DNA of 64,000 bases, taken from the NCBI RefSeq assembly GCF_022763525.1, contig NZ_JALEGG010000087.1:1691-65690 (forward strand), written 5' to 3'. The notes beneath the pieces were generated by a model, which saw nothing but the letters and a program-made list of their open reading frames with translations, made no database searches and was not told the DNA's origin. This stretch comes from Acidovorax sp. GTDB taxonomy: Bacteria; Pseudomonadota; Gammaproteobacteria; Burkholderiales; Burkholderiaceae_C. Each line of letters starts with the position of its first letter. The stretch's first letter is position 1. Positions 38,413 through 49,543 of the stretch are shown piece by piece. The translations under genes and the position numbers were made by a program.

Positions 38413-38458
38413 CGGTTTGTCTCCAAATGATCCCGCAGTTGTAGCACGGTCGTTCGTT

Positions 38459-39145
38459 TTAGTCCTGTCCGGGTGGTGACATGGCGGGGTCAATGCCCAG
38501 TTCGGAACACAGGCGCTGCACAGTGGCCTGCAAGGCCGCCACTTGGCTTTCGAGGGCTTCCACGCGGGCCTGCAGCGCGGGCGAGGCACCGCCGCTGGCC
38601 GGTGCCGGCACGCTGGCGCGGGTGTCGACTGCTCCGCAAAGCAGGTGCGCCCAGCGCGGCTCGCGGGCACCGGGGGCGCGAGGCAGCAGGGTAACCAACG
38701 GTCCGCCTTTCTCGGCGCTGCGTTCCTGCAGCTCATCCAGAAACGCCTCCACCGAGGAAATGTCCGCAAACCGGTACCAGCGCTCCGCATTGATGCGCAG
38801 CTCGCCCGCTGTTTGAGGGCCGCGCAGCATCAACAGGCCCAGCAGCACGGCCGATTGCTCGGGCACCCCCACGCCGCGCTGGAAGTTGTGCTCCCAGCGG
38901 GTGGTGCGGTTGCCGCTGGTCTCGAACGCCAGCGTCAGGAGCTTGAGCGAATCCAGCGCCTCCTGCACCTCGCTCTCGCTCAGGTTCATCACCGGATCGC
39001 GGCTGGTCTTCTGGTTGCAGCCGGTGACCAGCGCGTTAAGCGACATGGGATAGCTGTCGGGCACGGTGCGGGCCTTCTCCATCAGGGTGGCGAGCACGCG
39101 GGCTTCGGCGGGCGTGAGGGGGCGGGTGGTTGGATCGAAGGGCAC
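38459..39145 (-). CDS. yceH: DUF480 (YceH) family protein
   Basis: ...[52 protein letters not shown]... The start is uncertain. GTG 39145 is preferred because ATG 39172 would overlap the divergent purN start. Confidence 0.75.
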   Translation of the reverse strand: MPFDPTTRPLTPAEARVLATLMEKARTVPDSYPMSLNALVTGCNQKTSRDPVMNLSESEVQEALDSLKLLTLAFETSGNRTTRWEHNFQRGVGVPEQSAVLLGLLMLRGPQTAGELRINAERWYRFADISSVEAFLDELQERSAEKGGPLVTLLPRAPGAREPRWAHLLCGAVDTRASVPAPASGGASPALQARVEALESQVAALQATVQRLCSELGIDPAMSPPGQD

Positions 39146-39161
39146 GGATAATTGATGGCAA

Positions 39162-39743
39162 ATGAAAAACATCGTGATTTTGATCTCAGGCGGCGGCTCC
39201 AACATGGCCGCCATCGTCCGGACGGCGCAGCAGGAGGCTTGGGCGCAGCGCTATGGCGCCCGTGTGGCGGCCGTGATCAGCAACAAGGCGGACGCAGGCG
39301 GTCTGGCCTTTGCGCGGGAGCAGGGGATCCCCACCGAGACGCTCGACCACAAGCAGTTTGCAAGCCGCGAAGCGTTTGATGCCGAGCTGGCCGCGCTGGT
39401 CGATCGCTACGATCCCGCGCTGGTGTTGCTGGCCGGCTTCATGCGCATCCTCACGCCGGGCTTCGTGGCGCGGTATGCGGGACGCCTCATCAATATCCAT
39501 CCCTCGCTGCTGCCGGCTTTCACGGGTTTGCACACGCACCAGCGCGCCATTGATGCAGGTTGCAAGTTCGCTGGCGTCACCGTGCACCAGGTGACGGCGG
39601 AGCTGGATGTGGGGCCCATCCTGGACCAGGCGGTGGTGCCTGTGCTACCCGATGACACGGCCGACACGCTGGCCGCCCGCGTGCTCACGCAGGAGCACGT
39701 GATCTATCCGCGGGCGGTGCGTGCGCTGCTGCAGACGCTGTAA
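39162..39743 (+). CDS. purN: Phosphoribosylglycinamide formyltransferase
   Basis: [19 protein letters not shown]...[19 protein letters not shown]... Confidence 0.93.
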   Translation: MKNIVILISGGGSNMAAIVRTAQQEAWAQRYGARVAAVISNKADAGGLAFAREQGIPTETLDHKQFASREAFDAELAALVDRYDPALVLLAGFMRILTPGFVARYAGRLINIHPSLLPAFTGLHTHQRAIDAGCKFAGVTVHQVTAELDVGPILDQAVVPVLPDDTADTLAARVLTQEHVIYPRAVRALLQTL

Positions 39744-39809
39744 GACCGTTGCCCCGCCGCAAGGGATGCGCCGCTGCACTCGCGGTGTTTGCCAGGGGGA
39801 AGGCAGCCG

Positions 39810-40364
39810 CTACAGCGTGGTAACGACCTCTGCCGCGTGCTGCTCCAGCACTTGGCGCACGCGCTGCGTCTGTTCCGGGTTGATGGGATGGGCCACTACG
39901 GCCCACTGGTCATGGCGCAACGCCGACCGCACCCGCGTGATCAGCCGGACATGATCGGGCCGCATGGTCAACAGCCCGCCCGCCAACAGCCCGAACGTGG
40001 TGGCAAACCCCACGATGGCGATGAAGGCAACCAGCGGGCTGCTCACGATCATCGGGTGGGCGGCCCGGTAGAACCAGAGATAGAGGGCCAAGCCCGCCAC
40101 CGCACCCGCCATGCCACCTACCAGGTGGGTCTGCAAAAAAGTCCGGGCAATTCCCGCGCTTTCGGGTTCGACCGCCCGGCCGAACAGCTCGCGCCGCGCG
40201 TTGCGCGCATCCTCTGGGCCTAGGAGCCGGACCTGCGGGGCGCTCAGCCCCCCTGCGCGCAGCACCTGGTCCATGGTCGACTCGGCTTGGCTCTTCTGCG
40301 CGAACAGGCCGGCCACCTTGGTGAGGGAACGTTCTCCGAAAAGACCTTGCAAAAAGTAGCTCAT
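39810..40364 (-). CDS. Hypothetical membrane protein
   Basis: Start moved to ATG 40364 (MSYFLQGLFG...) with AGGAGG upstream. Two or three predicted TM helices in the middle. No family recognised. Confidence 0.5.
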   Translation of the reverse strand: MSYFLQGLFGERSLTKVAGLFAQKSQAESTMDQVLRAGGLSAPQVRLLGPEDARNARRELFGRAVEPESAGIARTFLQTHLVGGMAGAVAGLALYLWFYRAAHPMIVSSPLVAFIAIVGFATTFGLLAGGLLTMRPDHVRLITRVRSALRHDQWAVVAHPINPEQTQRVRQVLEQHAAEVVTTL

Positions 40365-40555
40365 ACGGCCTCCTGCACACGGTTGGCAAGGGGCTCTGCA
40401 GGCGGCGCGCGCTGGCAGCCGCAGAAAGCCCTGTCGGCAACATACGTCGGCCGGGGCGCGGGCTGTGTAGGAAGCGGCCAAACCCCGGGGTAGGTGGCAT
40501 CAACGCAAGGTGCGACAGGCCGGGGACCTTTGCGGTCGGAAAAGCGGCCGGAGTG

Positions 40556-40613
40556 ATTGCTATTGAAATGCTAGCTGTTGACGCATTTCGTATAAGCGCT
40601 AAAGGCCGTTTTC
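40556..40613 (+). repeat. SAR repeat, well-conserved intergenic copy
   Basis: aTTGCTATtgaaatgcTAGCTGttgaCGCAtttcgtatAAGCGCTaAAGGCCgttttc. It abuts the stop codon of the DUF1653 gene. Confidence 0.75.
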
Positions 40614-40863
40614 AAGAATTTTCGTCATCGCTGCATTTCTCGAACCGCGGCCGCATCGTGCCATCGATGAGCACCTGCTCTTCAAACATGGCCGCAGGCC
40701 GCACCCACAGCCCCCGCTCGCCGTAGAGCGCGCGGTAGAGCGTCATGGGCTCCAGGGTCTCGCTGTGGCGCACGGTGTCCAGAACCTCGTAGAGCATGCC
40801 CTTGTAGTGGCGGTATCTGCCCGGCGGTGTGCGGATGAGGGCGGGAAGATCGTCGTCGTTCAT
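40612..40863 (-). CDS. DUF1653 domain-containing protein
   Basis: 83 aa with ...GRYRHYKGMLYEVLDTVRHSETLEPMTLYRALYGERGLWVRPAAMFEE.... Confidence 0.8.
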   Translation of the reverse strand: MNDDDLPALIRTPPGRYRHYKGMLYEVLDTVRHSETLEPMTLYRALYGERGLWVRPAAMFEEQVLIDGTMRPRFEKCSDDENS

Positions 40864-40933
40864 GTTCGTTAGGATGGCGGGTTTACAGGTTTACAAGAAG
40901 CTGTTCAGCAGAGCAACTATCGGGGGAGATTCC

Positions 40934-42787
40934 GTGGACCAGGCAGATTTTGTGCACATGGTGCGCATGAGCGAGCATGCCAGCGCCGACAACAGCCGGG
41001 CGTATCGCCGCAGCGTGGCTGCGTTTGCGGCGCTGGGCTATGCCTGGGTGCTGGGCTGCCTGGGCCTGGCCGTGGCCATGCTGGCGTGGGTGCTGCCGCA
41101 GGTGCTGCAGGGGCGGTTTCGGATCTCGATGGTGTGGGCGCTGATCGCCGCGGCCAGCCTGCTGTGGATCAGTCTTCGCGCGTTGTGGGTGCGGTTTGAC
41201 GAGCCCGAGGGCGTGGAGATCAAAGCAGCGGATGCACCCGAGCTCTTCGAGGCGCTGGAACGCATCCGCCGCAAGATCAAGGGGCCACCCATCCACAAGG
41301 TCACGCTCAACGACGAGTTCAACGCCAGTATTCAGCAGCTACCCCGGTATGGCCTGCTGGGCGGCGCCGTCAACCACTTGAGCGTTGGCCTGCCCCTGCT
41401 GATGGCACTGGACCGACCGCGCTTTCTGGCCGTGCTGGCGCATGAGTATGGCCACCTGCGCGGCGACCACGGGCGCTTCGCGGCCTGGATCTACCGCACG
41501 CGCCTGTCGTGGATGCGCCTCAACCACAGCCTCGCCGACGACGAAGGTCCGGTGGGGGCGGCCACACAGGCTTTCATGCGCTGGTACTTTCCACGGTTTT
41601 CCGCCAAGACGTTTGCGCTGGCGCGCCAGGATGAGTACGAAGCCGACCGCATTGCCGGCAAGCTGCTGGGGCGCGAGGTGACCGCGGCCGCACTGGCCGA
41701 GATCGAGATCCGCGGCGCCGCGCTGGACGCCGACTTCTGGCGGGACCATTGGTGCGCTGCCGCTGGCAACCCCTTGCCGGTCGGGCCCTATCGCGGCATG
41801 CGCCGATTCCTCGCCAAGCCCCCGGATGCCGCGTTTGCCAACGATGCGCTGCGGCTGGCGCTCAAGCGGCTGAGCAGCGTGGACGACACCCACCCCAGTT
41901 TGCGGGACCGCATCGAGGCGCTCGACGCCACCCCCACCTTGCCGGAGTGGTCGCGCGGCAGCGCGCTGGGCATCCTGGGCGAGGAAGCCAAGCGCTGGGT
42001 AAAGCACTTTGACAACCAATGGTGCCGCGACAACGCCACCGAATGGAAACAGCACCACGCATGGCTGGTGCGGGTGCGTGCCCGGGCCGATGCCCTGGCC
42101 GCCATGGCAGCGCAGGCCAGTGCCGCCGAACTGGTGGAACTGGCGCGCTTGCGGCGCCATCTGGATCCGCATGCCGACGTGCGCGGGCTGTATGAGCTGG
42201 CGCTGGAGCGCAGCCCCGAAAACCCGGCCGCCCTGCGTGGGCTGGTGCCGTGCCTGGCCGAGGACGACCGCGAAGGCCGCCTTGCATTGCTGCACCGCCT
42301 GTGGGACGCGGGCAGCAGCGACCGCTACTGGGCAGCACGCACTGCGCTGGCCGAACTGGATACGCCCCGCATGGGCATGGACCACGACGCTGCAGCCTTC
42401 AAGCAGTGGCGCAAGCGCCTGGAACGGGCGCAGGAGTCCGAGGAGCGGGCGTGGGAGGAACTGTCCAGCACGTCCTTCTTCAGCCAGATCACGCGGCACG
42501 ACCTGAGTGCCTTCGAGCTGGCGGAACTTCAGTCCGAGTTGGCCCGCTGTGCACCTGTGGCCCGCTGCTGGCTGGTGCGCAAGAACCTGCGCGAGCATCC
42601 CCAGCGCCGGGCCTACCTCATCTTTGTGGAGCTGCCGGGCATGGACGATGAAAGCCGCTACCACCTGTGCCGCGCGCTGGAGCGCAACCTCAGCCTGCCG
42701 GGCCCGGCGTTGGCGCTGTGGGCGGGCGAGTCGCCCACACTGAAGGAAATCCAGCGCTACGCGTTTGACCCGGTGCATTCACGCTGA
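40934..42787 (+). CDS. M48-family metallopeptidase with membrane N-terminus and long helical C-terminal domain
   Basis: HEYGH zinc motif. GTG 40934 is preferred (GGGGGAG 5 nt upstream). The track start 40829 would overlap the divergent DUF1653 gene. Confidence 0.75.
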   Translation: MDQADFVHMVRMSEHASADNSRAYRRSVAAFAALGYAWVLGCLGLAVAMLAWVLPQVLQGRFRISMVWALIAAASLLWISLRALWVRFDEPEGVEIKAADAPELFEALERIRRKIKGPPIHKVTLNDEFNASIQQLPRYGLLGGAVNHLSVGLPLLMALDRPRFLAVLAHEYGHLRGDHGRFAAWIYRTRLSWMRLNHSLADDEGPVGAATQAFMRWYFPRFSAKTFALARQDEYEADRIAGKLLGREVTAAALAEIEIRGAALDADFWRDHWCAAAGNPLPVGPYRGMRRFLAKPPDAAFANDALRLALKRLSSVDDTHPSLRDRIEALDATPTLPEWSRGSALGILGEEAKRWVKHFDNQWCRDNATEWKQHHAWLVRVRARADALAAMAAQASAAELVELARLRRHLDPHADVRGLYELALERSPENPAALRGLVPCLAEDDREGRLALLHRLWDAGSSDRYWAARTALAELDTPRMGMDHDAAAFKQWRKRLERAQESEERAWEELSSTSFFSQITRHDLSAFELAELQSELARCAPVARCWLVRKNLREHPQRRAYLIFVELPGMDDESRYHLCRALERNLSLPGPALALWAGESPTLKEIQRYAFDPVHSR

Positions 42788-42883
42788 AGCCCGCAGGTAG
42801 CCCGTGGACAGCCCGCAGCCGCGCCGCGCGGCCGGAGATCGCCCCACGGTCGCCCTCGCAGCAGGGAATGGGACAATTGGGGG

Positions 42884-44158
42884 ATGCATCCCAAAGTTCT
42901 CCTCGACGCCTGCGCCGAACTCATCAGGCTCACTCTCACGTTTGAACACCCCGCCGACGCGGTGGTGTCACGCTTCTTTCGCGACAACCGCGGCCTGGGC
43001 CCGCGCGAGCGCGCCACCCTGGCCGAGACGGTCTACACCGTTCTGCGCAAGAAGCTGCTGTTCGACCACATGGCGCCCTCCGGCTCGGGCCCCAAGGAGC
43101 GCCGCCTGGCCATCCTGGGCTTCCATGGCCCGCGCGACTTTCTCAAGAGCGCGCTGACCGAGCAGGAGAAGAAATGGCTCGACCAGTGCGACGCCGTTAC
43201 GGCCGACGACCTGATGGAGCGGCACCGCCACAACCTGCCCGAATGGCTGGTGAAACCCCTGAAGGACCAGGTGGGAGACGGTTTCTGGCCGTTGGTGGAA
43301 AGCCTGGCTCAGAGCGCTCCGCTGGACTTGCGCGTCAACGCGCTCAAGGACAAGCGTGCCGACGTGCAAAAGGAGCTTGCCAAGGCCGGCATCCAGGCCA
43401 TGCCCACACCGTATTCGCCCTGGGGCCTGCGCATTGACGGCAAGCCGGCGCTGACCAAGCTTGATGCGTTCACGCGCGGGGCCGTCGAAGTGCAGGACGA
43501 AGGCTCGCAATTGCTGGCTCTGCTGCTCGATGCCAAGCGGGGCGAAATGGTCGTGGATTTCTGCGCCGGAGCCGGCGGCAAGACACTGGCCATTGGCGCC
43601 AGCATGCGCAACACCGGTCGCTTGTATGCGTTTGATGTCTCGGCGCACCGCCTGGATGCGCTCAAACCCCGGCTGGCGCGTAGCGGCCTGTCCAATGTGC
43701 ACCCGGCCGCCATCGCCCACGAACGCGACGAGCGCGTGAAACGGCTGGCGGGGAAGATCGATCGCGTTCTGGTGGATGCCCCGTGCTCCGGCCTGGGGAC
43801 GCTGCGGCGCAACCCCGACCTCAAATGGCGCCAGTCACCGAAGGCCATCGAAGAGCTGGTGGCCAAGCAGACCGCCATCCTGGCCAGTGCCGCGCGCCTG
43901 CTCAAGCCCGGCGGCCGCCTGGTGTATGCCACCTGCAGCATCTTGCCCCAGGAAAACGAGGCCATCGCGGAGGCCTTCAGCGCATCGCACCCCGACTTTG
44001 AGCTGCTGGACGCTGGGGCCGTGCTGCAACAGCTCAAGGTAGAGGGTGCCGCGGGTCTGTGCAGCGGTGGCGAGACGGGCGGCAGATACCTGCGCCTGTG
44101 GCCCCATGTGCATCAGACGGACGGGTTTTTTGCGGCAATCTGGACAAAAAAGCCCTGA
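42884..44158 (+). CDS. RsmB/NOP-family SAM-dependent RNA cytosine-C5 methyltransferase
   Basis: 424 aa with DFCAGAGGKT and DAPCSGLGTLRRNPD motifs, plus ATCS in the C-terminal part. Confidence 0.8.
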   Translation: MHPKVLLDACAELIRLTLTFEHPADAVVSRFFRDNRGLGPRERATLAETVYTVLRKKLLFDHMAPSGSGPKERRLAILGFHGPRDFLKSALTEQEKKWLDQCDAVTADDLMERHRHNLPEWLVKPLKDQVGDGFWPLVESLAQSAPLDLRVNALKDKRADVQKELAKAGIQAMPTPYSPWGLRIDGKPALTKLDAFTRGAVEVQDEGSQLLALLLDAKRGEMVVDFCAGAGGKTLAIGASMRNTGRLYAFDVSAHRLDALKPRLARSGLSNVHPAAIAHERDERVKRLAGKIDRVLVDAPCSGLGTLRRNPDLKWRQSPKAIEELVAKQTAILASAARLLKPGGRLVYATCSILPQENEAIAEAFSASHPDFELLDAGAVLQQLKVEGAAGLCSGGETGGRYLRLWPHVHQTDGFFAAIWTKKP

Positions 44159-44289
44159 CATAGCCCCCTAAAGCGGCTAAATCACCGCAAATACCGTGGA
44201 TACCCCTGAACCTACCCCGGGGACACGTCTCTAAAATGGGACTCCGTCCGCTGGTGAACGGGTTCCTGTCAAAGTAAGGTTTTCTGAAT

Positions 44290-45504
44290 ATGCTGTTACC
44301 CGATTGGGCTGTCCTGAACGCTGCCATCGACTGGCTGGGCCATGGTCTTTGGAATCTGGCTTGGTGGCAGATCGTGCTGTACACCCTGGCGACGACCCAC
44401 GTCACCATTGCGGCGGTCACGATCTTCCTGCACCGCGCGCAAGCGCACCGCGCGCTGGACCTGCACGCCATTCCCTCGCACTTTTTCCGCTTCTGGCTGT
44501 GGGTTGGCACGGGCATGCTGACCAAGGAATGGGTGGCCATCCACCGCAAGCACCACGCCAAGTGCGAAACCGCCGAAGACCCGCACAGCCCGCAGACACG
44601 CGGCCTGGACACGGTGATGTGGCGCGGCGCCGAGCTGTACCGCGCCGAGGCCAAGAACCAGGACACCCTGAAGAAATTCGGCCACGGCACACCCGACGAC
44701 TGGGTGGAACGCAATGTCTACAGCCGCTTCCCCTGGCAGGGCGTGGGCCTGATGCTGGTGCTCGATCTCGCGCTCTTCGGCGCCGTCGGCGCTGCTGTGT
44801 GGGCTGTGCAGATGCTCTGGATCCCTTTCTGGGCCGCGGGCGTGGTCAACGGCATTGGCCACTACTGGGGCTATCGCAATTTCGAGGCGCAGGACGCCAG
44901 CACCAACCTCTCCCCCTGGGGTGTGATCATCGGTGGCGAAGAGCTGCACAACAACCACCACACCTATCCCACATCGGCCAAGTTCTCGGTCAAGCCGTAC
45001 GAGTTCGACATCGGCTGGGTCTACATCAGCCTGATGAAGAAAGTGGGCTGGGCCACCGTGAAGAAGGTGCCGCCCAAGCTGCAATTGGGCGACGTGAAGG
45101 CGGTGGCCGATGAGAAGACCCTGGAGGCGCTCATTGCCAACCGCTATGAGGTCATGGCGGGCTACGCACGCGGCGTGCGCCGGGCCTGCAAGGAAGAGAT
45201 TGCCGCACTCAAGGCGCGCCAGGCGGACGTTTCGGTGCTCAAGGCTGCCAAGCGCTGGCTGCATCGCGATGCCGAGAAGGTGCCGGCCATCGCGCTGCCG
45301 CAACTGGCCCAGGTCCGCGCCGCCCACCCGGCGCTCGACAAGATGGTCACCATGCGCGAGGAGCTGCGCCAGCTGTGGCTCAACACTTCCCACTCGCGCG
45401 AGCAGCTGACGGCCGACTTGCAGGCCTGGTGCCGCCGTGCCGAGGAAAGCGGCATTGCCGCGTTGCGCGAGTTCTCGCTGCGGTTGCGGGCAGCACAGGC
45501 CTGA
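44290..45504 (+). CDS. Acyl-CoA (delta-9-type) fatty acid desaturase
   Basis: Three His boxes: HRAQAH, HRKHH and HNNHH. Membrane N-terminal half. Confidence 0.85.
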   Translation: MLLPDWAVLNAAIDWLGHGLWNLAWWQIVLYTLATTHVTIAAVTIFLHRAQAHRALDLHAIPSHFFRFWLWVGTGMLTKEWVAIHRKHHAKCETAEDPHSPQTRGLDTVMWRGAELYRAEAKNQDTLKKFGHGTPDDWVERNVYSRFPWQGVGLMLVLDLALFGAVGAAVWAVQMLWIPFWAAGVVNGIGHYWGYRNFEAQDASTNLSPWGVIIGGEELHNNHHTYPTSAKFSVKPYEFDIGWVYISLMKKVGWATVKKVPPKLQLGDVKAVADEKTLEALIANRYEVMAGYARGVRRACKEEIAALKARQADVSVLKAAKRWLHRDAEKVPAIALPQLAQVRAAHPALDKMVTMREELRQLWLNTSHSREQLTADLQAWCRRAEESGIAALREFSLRLRAAQA

Positions 45505-45537
45505 GGTCGTTTCAGAAACCCGGACTGCACCTTTGCG

Positions 45538-45570
45538 AAAAAGGCCCTGCCGGTTGGCAGGGCCTTTTTA
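45538..45570. terminator. Bidirectional rho-independent terminator
   Basis: aaaaaggccctgcc-ggtt-ggcagggccttttt, lying between the convergent desaturase and the 133-aa ORF. Confidence 0.85.
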
Positions 45571-45614
45571 TTTTCTTTTTTTGCCTGACCCCTTGTGCAA
45601 GGGGGTGCGCAGGC

Positions 45615-46016
45615 TCAGCGCGCCCCGTGCCATGCGCTGCGCCGCGAGGGCAGTTCGCGCGCGGCATTGCCACTGCGCCGCAAGGCCGCGCGCAGCTCTC
45701 GCCAGATCTTCGGCCACAGCGTTGGCGTGGGAGCAGCTTCCTCCAGCTGGACCGCGGCCGGCTCGTGCGTCGCGTTGTACAACTGAACCCAGATGGCCTG
45801 CGCTGTCCCACTCCATGCCAGGGGCTCGCCTGCCGCCAGCAGGGTCATGGGCGGGGTGTGCAAGGTGTGCCCGCAGGGCTGGGGTGCCCAGCGGACGCTG
45901 ATAGTGCCTCGGGTGGGGCGCAATGTGCTGCCCGGTGGCAGGCAAAGCCAGAGGCTCTCGCCCGAGGGCAGGGGCAGGGGCGGGGAAAACGTCGTGGAGG
46001 GACTGTGTGGCGACAT
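45615..46016 (-). CDS. Small hypothetical protein (DUF2917-like, tentative)
   Basis: Start moved to ATG 46016 (MSPHSPSTTF...). GC-rich third codon positions. Divergent from the MocR-type regulator. The family guess rests on ...LWLCLPPGSTLRPTRGTISV...LAAGEPL... and is weak. Confidence 0.45.
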   Translation of the reverse strand: MSPHSPSTTFSPPLPLPSGESLWLCLPPGSTLRPTRGTISVRWAPQPCGHTLHTPPMTLLAAGEPLAWSGTAQAIWVQLYNATHEPAAVQLEEAAPTPTLWPKIWRELRAALRRSGNAARELPSRRSAWHGAR

Positions 46017-46215
46017 GCTGTGCTCCGTAAGAAATGCACGGTAGGGAGGGCTCCAGCTTAGAAAAAGCGTCTGCCGCCCAACAGGTACACGTGGCGCTAC
46101 AGAGCGGTAGAACAGCAACGATTTTTCAGAGGCTGTTATGGTCGTGTCTGCGCCTTCCTGTATCTGTACCCGTAGCCAGCGTTCCGGCACGATGCCCAGA
46201 TCCGTTGTCCAGCCC

Positions 46216-47724
46216 ATGTCATACACCTCCTCCGATCAGCGGGAAGCCCCGCGCTACCGCCAGCTGGCCGCCCTGTATGAACAGGCGATCGCCGCCGGCA
46301 GCCTTTCACCCGGCATGCGCATGCCTTCGGTGCGCGAGCTGTGCCAGCGGCACCAGGTGAGCCTGACGACGGCGCTGCAGGTGCTGCGCCACCTCGAATC
46401 CCAGGGCTGCGTGGAGGCGCGGGAGCGCGTGGGCTACTTCGTGCGCGAGTCCGGAGGGGTGATGTTGCCCGAGGCCCGTGAGCCCGAGCTGCACGAACCC
46501 CTGGCCCAGGACCCGCATGTCTTCGCCGGCATCAATGAACGGATTTCCGGCTTTCTGGAGAAGGCCCGTCGCGCTGGCCCCCTGCCATTGGACCTGGGCA
46601 GTGCCATGCCCGCGCCCAGTCTGTTCGACGCCGCAGCGCTCAACCGGCTCGCCCACGGCCTGCTGCGCGAGCAGCCCGACATCCTGGTCTACGGGCCCTC
46701 TGCGCCCACCACCCACCCGAAGTTCCAGCAGGCGATGGCGCGGCATGCGCTGACCTTTGGCGTGTGTGTCGCACCGGCCGACATCGGCGCTACGCACGGC
46801 AACTCCGAGGCGGTGAACCTGGCGCTCGATGCCATTGCCGAGCCGGGTGATGTGATCGCGGTGGAATCACCCACGTTCTTCGGCATCCTGCAAGCCATCG
46901 AAGTGCGCGGCCTGCGCGCCCTGGAGATTCCATGCAGCCCCCACACCGGCATGTCGCTGGAGGCTCTGGAGTTGGCGGCGCGCAACGAGCCCCGGCTCAA
47001 GGGCGTGGTGGTGGTGCCCCACTTGCAGATGCCCCAGGGCAGCGTGATGCCCGACGCGCACAAAGAGCGCCTGGTGGCGCTGTGCGTCGAGCATGGCTTG
47101 GCGCTCATTGAGGACGACATCTACCGGGAGTTTGTGGAGTCCCCGCGTGTGCTGCGGCCCGCCAAGGCCTGGGACCGCCCGGGCGACGCTGGACAGGTAA
47201 TCTACTGCGCGTCGCTCAGCAAGAGCTTTGCGCCTGGGCTGCGCCAGGGCTGGATGAGCGCGGGCCGCTGGCAGGCCCGCGTGCAGATGATCAAGTTCGC
47301 CCGCACGCGCAACATGCAGACCTGGTCGCAACTGCTGGCGGCGCGCAGCGTGGATTCGCCAGCGTACGAACGCCACATGCGCCGCATGCGGGCGCAGTTG
47401 CGCCTCCAGCGCGAGCAAGCCGCACGCGCCGTGGCGCGTTATTTTCCGCCCGGGACCCGCCTCAGCCTGCCACCGGGAGGGCTCAGCCTGTGGCTGGAAC
47501 TGCCCGTTGGCATCTCATCGACCCGCCTGTACGACGAGGCGCTGCAAAAGGGCATCCGCGTGGCGCCGGGCCCCATGTTCTCTAACACGGGGCGGTACGA
47601 GCATTTCCTGCGCTTGAGCTGCGGCATGCCGTTCACGCCCGAGGTGGAAGCAGGCTACCAAACGCTGGGCGCCTTGCTCGCCGCGCAGATGGCGGAACTG
47701 CCCGCACCGCGCAAAGCGGCCTGA
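46216..47724 (+). CDS. MocR/GntR-family PLP-dependent transcriptional regulator
   Basis: N-terminal GntR wHTH (...MPSVRELCQRHQVSLTTALQVLRHLE...) plus an aminotransferase-like domain with SLSKSFAPGLR. The start is uncertain (ATGs at 46138, 46192 and 46216). Confidence 0.85.
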   Translation: MSYTSSDQREAPRYRQLAALYEQAIAAGSLSPGMRMPSVRELCQRHQVSLTTALQVLRHLESQGCVEARERVGYFVRESGGVMLPEAREPELHEPLAQDPHVFAGINERISGFLEKARRAGPLPLDLGSAMPAPSLFDAAALNRLAHGLLREQPDILVYGPSAPTTHPKFQQAMARHALTFGVCVAPADIGATHGNSEAVNLALDAIAEPGDVIAVESPTFFGILQAIEVRGLRALEIPCSPHTGMSLEALELAARNEPRLKGVVVVPHLQMPQGSVMPDAHKERLVALCVEHGLALIEDDIYREFVESPRVLRPAKAWDRPGDAGQVIYCASLSKSFAPGLRQGWMSAGRWQARVQMIKFARTRNMQTWSQLLAARSVDSPAYERHMRRMRAQLRLQREQAARAVARYFPPGTRLSLPPGGLSLWLELPVGISSTRLYDEALQKGIRVAPGPMFSNTGRYEHFLRLSCGMPFTPEVEAGYQTLGALLAAQMAELPAPRKAA

Positions 47725-47758
47725 GGAAGCGCCGCACGCGGTGGGGCGAAGCGGGCAT

Positions 47759-47790
47759 AAAAAAACCGCCCTGAAAAGGGCGGCTTTTTG
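47759..47790. terminator. Bidirectional rho-independent terminator
   Basis: aaaaaaaccgccc-tgaaaa-gggcggcttttt, lying between the MocR-type regulator and rpmG. Confidence 0.85.
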
Positions 47791-47807
47791 GAAGGTCATG
47801 GGCCGAA

Positions 47808-47978
47808 TTACTTCAGCTTCATTTCCTTGTATTCGACGTGCTTGCGAGCCTTGGGATCAAATTTCATGATCAGCATCTTCTCGGGCATCGTCTTCTTGTT
47901 CTTGGTCGTCGTGTAGAAGTGGCCGGTACCCGCAGTGGATTCCAGCTTGATCTTGTCGCGTCCGCCTTTGCTTGCCAT
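47808..47978 (-). CDS. rpmG: 50S ribosomal protein L33
   Basis: Not in the ORF track because it is only 56 aa. Hand translation gives [61 protein letters not shown] lies upstream. Confidence 0.93.
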   Translation of the reverse strand: MASKGGRDKIKLESTAGTGHFYTTTKNKKTMPEKMLIMKFDPKARKHVEYKEMKLK

Positions 47979-47989
47979 GGTGCTACTCC

Positions 47990-48223
47990 TTAAGCCTGGC
48001 CACGGGCACGCAGGTCTGCGAGCACCGAGTCGATACCGTTCTTGTCGATCAAACGCAGGGCAGCGCTCGAAACACGCAGGCGCACCCAGCGGTTTTCGCT
48101 CTCGACCCAGAAACGGCGGTATTGCAGGTTCGGCAGGAACCGGCGCTTGGTTTTGTTGTTGGCGTGGGAAACGTTGTTTCCGACCATGGGCTTCTTGCCC
48201 GTTACGTCGCAGACGCGTGCCAT
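47990..48223 (-). CDS. rpmB: 50S ribosomal protein L28
   Basis: [39 protein letters not shown]... Confidence 0.95.
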   Translation of the reverse strand: MARVCDVTGKKPMVGNNVSHANNKTKRRFLPNLQYRRFWVESENRWVRLRVSSAALRLIDKNGIDSVLADLRARGQA

Positions 48224-48408
48224 GAGGACACTCCGATACTTTTTAACGGCCGTTCGCTGGGCCCCGGGGCATGATTTCCCGGGTTGGCTTGCGGCCTCAC
48301 CTCGCCAGAAAGGGTGGCGGTAACCCGATTTGCCTGTTTCGAAAGGACCGTGAAGAACGGGTCGAAATCAGCAAAGCCGCAGATTATAGCCTGCAGCTTA
48401 ATTTTTGA

Positions 48409-49434
<1,026 letters not shown>

Positions 49435-49543
49435 TCAACCGGCGGCCACTTGGGCAAACGGCTGCTTTATCAATCACGGCGATTGTAAGAACCCATCAGT
49501 GACGTGTGGCGGCACAGGGGTTCGCACTGAGAGGAGAGGTTTC

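Noticed and set aside
45615-46226. Full 203-aa track ORF as the gene divergent from the MocR regulator
   Set aside because: The N-terminal 70 aa would run into the regulator's start region. The internal ATG at 46016 gives a compact 133-aa product, so I called the shorter form, and only tentatively.
49460-49530. CRP/FNR-type box in the trxB/crp-like divergent region (ttatcaatcacggcgattgtaa; gtgacgtgtggcggcac)
   Set aside because: The half-sites are poor matches to either TGTGA-N6-TCACA or TTGAT-N4-ATCAA, so a site cannot be supported from sequence alone.
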